Shown here: piece after piece, positions 27,235 to 34,070 of the stretch
How positions within the stretch are numbered: position 1 is the stretch's first letter
Layout of the letters: each line of letters begins with the position of its first letter
Assembly (NCBI GenBank): GCA_030590165.1
Contig: JAUUZA010000003.1
Span: 1-34,070, forward strand
Length of the DNA stretch: 34,070 bases
Direction of reading: 5' to 3'
From: Candidatus Altiarchaeota archaeon
Lineage (GTDB): Archaea > SpSt-1190
Translations under genes and position numbers: made by a program
The notes under the pieces: generated by a model
What the model was told of the DNA's origin: nothing
Database searches by the model: none
What the model saw: only the letters and a program-made list of their open reading frames with translations

Positions 27235-28188
27235 ATGTTAAGTGTGGGTGATGAAAAGGGTCCATACGACATGATGGACTATGTTTTACGATTAGGTATG
27301 AAGTGTAATTTTAATTGTTCTTTTTGTAATATTATGAATCATGAAAATATTCCTGAGAAGACTTTTGAGGAGGTGAAGCGTGAGGTAGAAAATTTGAATC
27401 CACATAAACTTGGGACTATTTCAATTAGTGGTGGTGAACCTACACTATCTCCTTTTTTAGGAGACTTAATTGAATATCTTTTTAATAGAGGTTTCCGTGT
27501 TAATTTACAAACTAATGCTGTTTTGATTACACCGCAGAAAGCTAAGGATTTGAAGAAAAAGGGGCTTAGTATGGTTTTTGTAAATTTTCCCTCTCACTTA
27601 CCTGAAACATATGCTCGCCTAACTGGAACTAATTTAAAAATGTTTGAAAAAGGAGTGGAAGGTATTTTGAATCTTCTTTCTGAAGACATAACTGTAATTT
27701 TGAATATTGTAATTAATCAAGAAAATTTTTCCAAACTTAATAATTATTTACAATATGTTTCAGATAAATTTTCAAAAATTAAAGAAATAAATTTTTCAGT
27801 AATACAACCTCACGGAAATGCGGCAATCAATTCACATCTTATTCCAGATTATCGTGACCTCAAACCTTTTTTTAAGTCAGCCTTCAAAACTGCTCAAAAA
27901 TTAGGTTTGAAAATTATTAATCCTTATTGTGGGCTTCCACTTTGTATGTTGTGGGACTTGTTACCTCTTGAGAATAATTCAGAGTACCTTACGGGTATGG
28001 CTGTACGTAGAACTCAGAAAGTCCCTTCCTTGATTAAAATTATTTATGAAAATAAAATTCAACCAGACAGTTGTTACGCTTGTTGTCTGAAAAATATTTG
28101 TATGGGTATTTGGAAAGCGTATTATAAAATAAAAGGTGATATTGTTGAGCCCCCTTATAGAGCGCTTAGATTTTGGCCAAAAGACTAA
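27235..28188 (+). CDS. radical SAM protein, HxsC-like C-terminal Cys cluster
   Basis: CNFNCSFC, ISGGEPT, LQTNA, YCGLPLC and CYACCLKNICMG. Confidence 0.9.
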   Translation: MLSVGDEKGPYDMMDYVLRLGMKCNFNCSFCNIMNHENIPEKTFEEVKREVENLNPHKLGTISISGGEPTLSPFLGDLIEYLFNRGFRVNLQTNAVLITPQKAKDLKKKGLSMVFVNFPSHLPETYARLTGTNLKMFEKGVEGILNLLSEDITVILNIVINQENFSKLNNYLQYVSDKFSKIKEINFSVIQPHGNAAINSHLIPDYRDLKPFFKSAFKTAQKLGLKIINPYCGLPLCMLWDLLPLENNSEYLTGMAVRRTQKVPSLIKIIYENKIQPDSCYACCLKNICMGIWKAYYKIKGDIVEPPYRALRFWPKD

Positions 28189-28813
28189 GTTAATTAAAGT
28201 TCGATTAAACGACTCTAAACTTGAGTCTAAGATTAGAGATAAAACTCCTGATGAAAGTCAAATAATTTTTTATGGGGAAGAGTTTACTCAACACAATAAT
28301 TTTATTGAGTTGATTAATCTTACTAGACAATTGGATTACAAAATAATTGAATTGGTAACTAATGGTAAGGCTTTTTCCTCTCCAAAATTTGTAGTGAATT
28401 CGGTGTTTGCTGGAGTTACTGATATCCTGGTTAAGTTTTATTCAAGTTCTCCTGAAATCCACAATGTTTTGTCGGGTGAAGATTCTTGGTCTGATGTAGT
28501 TAAAGGATTAAAAAATATAATTAAACTTAGACAAAAAGTTTCAGTTTTTTTTAAGCCAGTTCTTTCAGTTGGAATATATCTCTCAGAAAAAAATCAAGAC
28601 ACTTTAGTATCTACATTGGAATTTTTGGAATCGTTGGAAGTGCAAGAAATTTTTATTGTAAAAGCCGGTGAGGTAGATGACCAATTGGTTAGGGACGCAC
28701 TTGTAGATAGAAAAGTTCTTACATTTACATTGGGTTTTGATACCCTTAAAGATTATCAGAAATTTAAGGAAGACGAAACGAATAGAGTGATGAAACTTTC
28801 AAGTTCAATTTAA
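28136..28813 (+). CDS. radical SAM-like partial barrel lacking CxxxCxxC
   Basis: IIFYGEEFT (GGEPT-like), LVTNGKAFS and EIHNVLSGEDSWSDVVKGLKN; no Cys; start uncertain. Confidence 0.65.
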   Translation: MILLSPLIERLDFGQKTKLIKVRLNDSKLESKIRDKTPDESQIIFYGEEFTQHNNFIELINLTRQLDYKIIELVTNGKAFSSPKFVVNSVFAGVTDILVKFYSSSPEIHNVLSGEDSWSDVVKGLKNIIKLRQKVSVFFKPVLSVGIYLSEKNQDTLVSTLEFLESLEVQEIFIVKAGEVDDQLVRDALVDRKVLTFTLGFDTLKDYQKFKEDETNRVMKLSSSI

Positions 28814-28859
28814 AAAAAGTAATTTCTACGCATAAATATTTCCAAACTTCAATTGTTTT

Positions 28860-29771
28860 GTGTGGTTACTCATTATTGGGCTTGTGTTTCTAATTTTGGG
28901 TGCAGAATTTGCTGGTCGTGGAGCAAAAAGTACGGCTCTTGCGCTTGGAATTGCACCTTTATTCATAAGTCTAACTCTCACAACAATTTCAACTTCAATG
29001 CCTGAGCTTGCGATTTCCATTACATCGGCGATTGAGAGCCTTAGCGGCCCAAGTCTTCCTGGTTTTATTTTTGCTACTGCAGTAGGTTCAATGATATTTC
29101 AGGGAACCTTGTCTTTAGGTGTTCTTGGATTATTCAGAAAGTTTGAATTTGCAAAGCGAGTAAAAGTTGATTTATTGGCTTCCATTATTGCCTCATTTTT
29201 ATTATTGATAGTATCCAGCGATGGATTAATTGATAGATGGGATGGTGCCTTATTGCTCTTATTTGAGATAATGTATATGAATAATATTATACAATCAGTT
29301 AGGAGAAAATCAGGAAAGAAATTAGAAAGGATACCTGTTCTTAAGGCGTTTAAAGGAATAGTATTTTTAATTTTTGGAATTGTTGTAATGATTTTTGCAT
29401 CAAAAATGGTTGTTAGTGGTGCTATCGATTTATCATTTTCATTTGGTTTGAGTGAGGAGCATATTGGGTTGTTTGCTGGTTATGGAACAAGTTTTCCTGA
29501 ACTTTTCTTTTCAATTACCGCACTTTTTATGGGGATGGAAAATGCGGCAATAGGAAATTTAATTGGGAGTAATTCATACATTATAACTGCACCAATTGGA
29601 ATTGCTGCCCTAATTTCTCCACAGAAGGCAAATATTTATATGGCTGCTTATGCCTTTGCTGCAAGTTTGATTGCATATTTCCTCTTGAGAGATGGAAAAA
29701 TGAATAAGAAAAAGGCAGTTTTGTTTATGGCTTCTTCAGTACCCTTTATTATGATGATGGGGATGCTTTAG
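28860..29771 (+). CDS. Na+/Ca2+ antiporter (CaCA family)
   Basis: Alpha-repeats STSMPEL…AVGSMIFQ and GTSFPEL…GNLIGSN. Confidence 0.92.
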   Translation: MWLLIIGLVFLILGAEFAGRGAKSTALALGIAPLFISLTLTTISTSMPELAISITSAIESLSGPSLPGFIFATAVGSMIFQGTLSLGVLGLFRKFEFAKRVKVDLLASIIASFLLLIVSSDGLIDRWDGALLLLFEIMYMNNIIQSVRRKSGKKLERIPVLKAFKGIVFLIFGIVVMIFASKMVVSGAIDLSFSFGLSEEHIGLFAGYGTSFPELFFSITALFMGMENAAIGNLIGSNSYIITAPIGIAALISPQKANIYMAAYAFAASLIAYFLLRDGKMNKKKAVLFMASSVPFIMMMGML

Positions 29772-30100
29772 TATTTTTCTTTGAAAAGATTTTTATTATC
29801 ATAAACTTTTCCTGAAAAATCGAGTAGAGAAGTTTCCTTATTTGGAAGAAGTGTAAAGTCTAAACCCTTCAAAAGTTTACTTGATTCTTTTTTTGAATAA
29901 GGCAATAAAACACCATCAAGGCCCTCATTATTCAATTTTTCAATTAATTTAATAAATTCTTTTTTTGGGAGATTTTCTGAGTAATCAATACATGCAACAC
30001 TAAAGTGTCTGTTCCCACGAATTGATGAAGCCACATCACGATATGTTTCAATAGTATATTCTATATTTCCAAAAGTTAAGCCGTATTGAATTTCGGGCAT
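29768..30100 (-). CDS. hypothetical protein
   Basis: 110-aa ORF with ATG start. Confidence 0.5.
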   Translation of the reverse strand: MPEIQYGLTFGNIEYTIETYRDVASSIRGNRHFSVACIDYSENLPKKEFIKLIEKLNNEGLDGVLLPYSKKESSKLLKGLDFTLLPNKETSLLDFSGKVYDNKNLFKEKY

Positions 30101-30153
30101 GTAGTTACTATTTTGGGGTTATTAATAATAGTTTCTTCTTAGTTACTTTTGAT

Positions 30154-30654
30154 TTATTCTTCAAATTTTTTCACTAAGCTAAAATTTTCCAAGAGTTCTT
30201 TTGAGAATATTTTGAATAATTCTTTTGCGATAAGTCCAGTACTTCTAACAGAATGAAATACAAATGCAATTGCTAAAGGGGTTGTCAGAATAAACCCAAA
30301 TATTCCTAAAATTTTTAAGATGAGTCCCCCTTTTAATAATGAATAAAATTGTGTTAGTAAAAGTGGCAGAAGATATGAAGAGAGAACTGTCAAAAAAAGT
30401 TTTTTTTGTATATGAATTTTTTTATTTTTTGTTGTGATTAGTTCATTCTCAGCAAATTGTAAAAGTTTTGAAAACATTTCACAAGCAAGGACGGGGAGAA
30501 TAAAATAAGCGAGAGTTGTAAATGGGGGTATCTTTAGATAATACATAGTTGGAATAAGTGTGATTAAAACGAGTAAGAAAAAAACACTTAAATTGAATGA
30601 AAGAAGTCCAAGTGTTTTTAGTCTTTTTAACCAGCTTTTCCTGCCCATATACAC
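30154..30654 (-). CDS. hypothetical membrane protein (about 4 TM)
   Basis: Four hydrophobic segments. Confidence 0.6.
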   Translation of the reverse strand: MYMGRKSWLKRLKTLGLLSFNLSVFFLLVLITLIPTMYYLKIPPFTTLAYFILPVLACEMFSKLLQFAENELITTKNKKIHIQKKLFLTVLSSYLLPLLLTQFYSLLKGGLILKILGIFGFILTTPLAIAFVFHSVRSTGLIAKELFKIFSKELLENFSLVKKFEE

Positions 30655-30721
30655 TTCTTGATTTTGAAATATTTATGATTTTAAAAGATAGTTTTTTAAT
30701 TCTTAGAGCTGTTACTTCATA

Positions 30722-31906
30722 ATGGTAAGTTTATTGAGTGTGTCTCAACGAGAAGAAAATAGTAAGAAACTTACTTATTTGAATCAATTTGTAAATACAT
30801 TAAATTCAGAGTATTTTGATATTTTACAGAAGATTCCGTTTTCAAGTATAATAATAGAGGATGGCTCTGATTGTTATCCACAATGTAAAATTTGTTGTTA
30901 TCGAGATGGTTCAAAGAAAAAAACACAATCTTCAAAAAAACTTTTTGAAACTATAATGAAACAAATTCCAGAGACAGAAATTGAAAGTCTTTTTCTTACT
31001 GATGGCGAACCCTTTCAAAACAAAAAGCGATTGGAAAAAATAGTTAAAATTACTAAAAAACTTCCACTTGATATTTACTCGAGTGGATTTTTTGCAACAA
31101 ATGTTAAAGCCGCAACTGAAGTTCTAACTGGAATTAAGGAGGCCGGATTTACAACAAATGCAGTTCCAAGACGTTCTTTCAAAGGTCAAGACCATAATTT
31201 ATTATCTATTTCTGCTGATGAGTATCACTTAAATTCATTTTCAACCGCTCGAAATTTTGTTAAAGCTTTTGATAAAGTTTTTGATGAAAAGGTAAGTATT
31301 GAAGATTTATTTAGTGGTGAATTTTATACACCACATCATCTAATGATTACAACTACATATGATGGTGAGCAAAAAAAACCACATGAGCTTAATAGTATTC
31401 GGGATGAATTAATTGAACCACTTAAAAAATCATTTGATGGTAAGTATATTACTTTTGGAAACCCAGGTGAAGGATATTTAATTTTAGGGGACCTTGTTGT
31501 ACTCTTACGTTCTCGAGTTTTGAGGCCGTGGGGAAAAGCAAAAAATATTATGGAAGAAAAGCCTAGGCGAGAGTTTAATCCAAAAGATATTGAATGTCCA
31601 ATAAATTTATTACCTCAACTTTATCTCACTTCAACTGGTGACCTTTATCACGCCATTGATTATGTATGTTTAGCTCCTGGAAGAAAAATGGGAAATATTT
31701 ATGAGGGGCCCTTGAATGAATTAATTTCAGACTTCAAAAAAACTCCGATTTTTAAAATGGAAAGACAGGGAGGAGTAAAGGGAGTTTATTCTTGGTTGTA
31801 TAAAAATGGAGTAAGACTTTCAGGGACTATTGATTGTGATGTGTGTAAACAAATTTACGGTGATGCTACTTTCATAAATGATTTGAACAAAAAACTGGAG
31901 AATTAA
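30722..31906 (+). CDS. divergent radical SAM protein
   Basis: CYPQCKIC, LFLTDGEPF, YSSGFFA, LSISADEYH, MGNIYEGPL and CDVC. Confidence 0.82.
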   Translation: MVSLLSVSQREENSKKLTYLNQFVNTLNSEYFDILQKIPFSSIIIEDGSDCYPQCKICCYRDGSKKKTQSSKKLFETIMKQIPETEIESLFLTDGEPFQNKKRLEKIVKITKKLPLDIYSSGFFATNVKAATEVLTGIKEAGFTTNAVPRRSFKGQDHNLLSISADEYHLNSFSTARNFVKAFDKVFDEKVSIEDLFSGEFYTPHHLMITTTYDGEQKKPHELNSIRDELIEPLKKSFDGKYITFGNPGEGYLILGDLVVLLRSRVLRPWGKAKNIMEEKPRREFNPKDIECPINLLPQLYLTSTGDLYHAIDYVCLAPGRKMGNIYEGPLNELISDFKKTPIFKMERQGGVKGVYSWLYKNGVRLSGTIDCDVCKQIYGDATFINDLNKKLEN

Positions 31907-31929
31907 GTTTCTGTTAAACACTTTCTTTT

Positions 31930-33021
31930 TTATTTTTTTAATTTTACTACAGTCTCAAAATGTTTTGTCTGTGGAAATAAATCAAACAAAGTAATATCAT
32001 CAATGACAAAACCTTGACTTAATAATTGTTTAATTTCTTTTGCGAGTGTTTCAGCATTACAAGAAATGTAAATTATATTTTTTGTTAACTTACCTATTTT
32101 TTTTATCTGAATCCCAACCCCACTTCTTGGTGGGTCAAGAATAATTGTGCTATATTTAATTGAACAATCTTTCAAGAATAATTGAACATCTTGATGGAGT
32201 GTTTGGCATTCCATTTCATTCGCTTCTAAATTTTTTATTAAGAGTTGGTGGCTTTTTCTATTTCCTTCAACTGCCAGAACTTTTTTTGTTTTTTCTAAAA
32301 TAGGTATAGTGAAATTTCCGTTTCCTGCATATAGTTCAAGAATTTTCCCTTTTCCAATAAAAGATTTTACATGATTTACAAGTAATTTATTTGTTCCGAA
32401 ATTTGATTGAACAAATCCAGATGGATGATAGGACAAAATAAAATCATCAACAAAATAATGTGCTTCGTCTTGAGTAAGAGTTTGTGTGGGTTCATCTAGT
32501 CCCCAGCATTCTCCTTTTTCATGGTCTTTGGAAAGGAGGGAATGAAATTTTTTATGAAGAACATAACATTCTTTAATTGGAATTATTTCGTTACTTTTTT
32601 TTGCTGAGAGTCCATTACCTGGGAAACGAATTTTACACCTATAATTAAATTCTTGAGTTGAAGGAACGATATTAATTTTTTTTATTTGGATTTGTTGTTT
32701 GTTGAAAGCATATTGTAATAATTGTTTTTTTTGTTTGAGTTGTTCCTTATATGAAACATGAAGCCAATCACAAGCCCCACATTTTCCAAAATGTTGACAA
32801 GGTGGAGTAATTCTTGATGGTGATGGTTTAATAATTTCAATAAGTTCAGCTTCAAAATATACCTTACTTTGATTTGTAATTTTTACTTTGATTATGTCAC
32901 CAGGTACAGTAAGTGGAACAAAAACTGCACGATTAGTATCAGCTTTGAAGAAACCAACACCTGTCCCACTACTTGTGAGGTTCTTAATGGTGATTGTAAT
33001 TTCGTCTCCAATGTTAATCAT
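31930..33021 (-). CDS. rlmD: RlmD/TrmA-family RNA uracil-C5 methyltransferase with TRAM domain and Fe-S motif
   Basis: TRAM (VFVPLTVPGD), CQHFGKCGAC…C, FVQSN, LELYAGNG, ILDPPR, YISC and DLFPQTKHFE. Substrate (rRNA vs tRNA) not determinable. Confidence 0.9.
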   Translation of the reverse strand: MINIGDEITITIKNLTSSGTGVGFFKADTNRAVFVPLTVPGDIIKVKITNQSKVYFEAELIEIIKPSPSRITPPCQHFGKCGACDWLHVSYKEQLKQKKQLLQYAFNKQQIQIKKINIVPSTQEFNYRCKIRFPGNGLSAKKSNEIIPIKECYVLHKKFHSLLSKDHEKGECWGLDEPTQTLTQDEAHYFVDDFILSYHPSGFVQSNFGTNKLLVNHVKSFIGKGKILELYAGNGNFTIPILEKTKKVLAVEGNRKSHQLLIKNLEANEMECQTLHQDVQLFLKDCSIKYSTIILDPPRSGVGIQIKKIGKLTKNIIYISCNAETLAKEIKQLLSQGFVIDDITLFDLFPQTKHFETVVKLKK

Positions 33022-33022
33022 A

Positions 33023-33095
33023 TAGCCCCTTCCGGATTCGAACCGGAGTCACGAGATTCAGAGTCTCGTATGCTGGACCACTACACTAAGGGGCT
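33023..33095 (-). tRNA. tRNA-Gln(CTG)
   Basis: AGCCCCT/AGGGGCT with archaeal A1-U72, CGAGA-CTCTGAA-TCTCG. Confidence 0.96.
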
Positions 33096-33128
33096 GGCAT
33101 ACTTATTTTGTTCTTTCTTTTTTAATAA

Positions 33129-34070
33129 TTAAGGAATTATCTCACACGAGTTAAATTCATGAAAATCGAAGTCGTTTTGGTCTATTACTTGGTTTTCAAT
33201 TAATTTTTTAATTTTAGGTAATCTCTCTTGCAACGCAAGAATCAGGTTTTGAATAGTTTTTTTGACCTGTAGATATCCCTCATCTCCCCACAATTTCGTT
33301 TTGTTTGCAAATAGACAGCGACCGCCACATTGTTCAAAAATATCACAGCTTGTGCAGGGTTCTCCAACTTCAATTTTTTTTAGATTATTTGGATTTGAGT
33401 TTGAGATGTTTCCAACATAAAATTCTTTCATCCCACTCATTGCAACACAGGGGGAAATATTTCCATCTGTTAGTATGGCATATTGAGTAAGTCCGGCACC
33501 ACACCTAAGTTTTGACTTGCGATTTTCAAGTAAAGATTTTGTAATTCCTATGAATGGATAAATTTTCCACACTATTCCTTTTTTCATTTCTTCAATCCAC
33601 AAGTCAATAAGTTCTTGAATATTTTGATTATATTTTTTACTCCACTCTTCAAAGTTTCTAAATTTGAGGTCTTCCCAAAACATAGCATTTAATTGCCAAT
33701 GAAAGGAGTCAAACAAATTTAATTTAATGAGATGAAGAACTTCTTCTTTAATATTAACAGGTTCCATTACAGTCATTCGTGCTATAATTTCTCCCTTGAA
33801 TTTTTCTTTCTTTAACCACTTGGCACTTTCAATAACTTTGTTATAAACATTTTTTCCTCTAAAATAATCTGTTGTTTCCTTTTTTCCATCTATTGATATT
33901 AAGATGGTGTCAAGTTTGTGGATGTCGTTACCTAACTTTTTAAGGTGAAGTCCATTTGTTTGAAGAATAAATTTTGCATTTATTTTCTTCAAAATTTCAT
34001 GTATAAGTTTAAGTCTAAGTAAGGGTTCTCCCCCATAAAATATTAACCAAGGGTTGGGGTCTTTTTCAAT
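33129..34070 (-). CDS. radical SAM/SPASM putative peptide maturase (TIGR04084/AF0577-like), 5'-truncated
   Basis: Frame is open to the window edge: IFYGGEPLL, LQTNG, FHWQLN, LRCGAG, CTSC…CGGRCL and terminal CEIIP. Confidence 0.88.
   Translation of the reverse strand: MEKDPNPWLIFYGGEPLLRLKLIHEILKKINAKFILQTNGLHLKKLGNDIHKLDTILISIDGKKETTDYFRGKNVYNKVIESAKWLKKEKFKGEIIARMTVMEPVNIKEEVLHLIKLNLFDSFHWQLNAMFWEDLKFRNFEEWSKKYNQNIQELIDLWIEEMKKGIVWKIYPFIGITKSLLENRKSKLRCGAGLTQYAILTDGNISPCVAMSGMKEFYVGNISNSNPNNLKKIEVGEPCTSCDIFEQCGGRCLFANKTKLWGDEGYLQVKKTIQNLILALQERLPKIKKLIENQVIDQNDFDFHEFNSCEIIP

Noticed and set aside
14076-33132. ORFs 14076-14276, 15733-15951, 17340-17555, 19409-19606 and 32869-33132
   Set aside because: They overlap tRNA genes and are shadow ORFs.
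6-33490. Short ORFs antisense to long genes (e.g. 6-191, 40-243, 316-525, 3571-3789, 8770-8952, 22613-22960, 24217-24519, 28826-29020, 33305-33490)
   Set aside because: They lie opposite well-supported CDSs and show no motifs.

Overview
AT-rich archaeal chromosomal segment, most consistent with a small-genome DPANN-type lineage (inference from S17e, proteasome beta next to aCPSF1/FttA, Rad50, A1-U72 tRNA-Gln, TATA boxes ~25 nt before start codons, and tRNAs without introns or CCA). It carries housekeeping genes, eight tRNAs interleaved with orphan or accessory genes, a DtxR-feoABC iron-uptake locus with three visible operators, five radical SAM-type genes and an RlmD-type methyltransferase. 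I saw no CRISPR array, integrase or transposase. The best candidate for a new system is a GbsR/MarR regulator, radical SAM/SPASM enzyme and unannotated 43-aa hydrophobic peptide operon (20096-22249) with a shared palindromic operator and its own terminator. Other highlights are a tRNA-Thr locus with duplications at both ends (an exact 18-bp 5' repeat around a double hairpin, and a decayed 52-nt 3' copy bracketing a DUF5661 gene), a stand-alone phosphothreonine-lyase-like protein, an MccF-like S66 peptidase, and four intact ORFs with lost catalytic motifs. All family calls come from motif recognition by eye; no searches were run.
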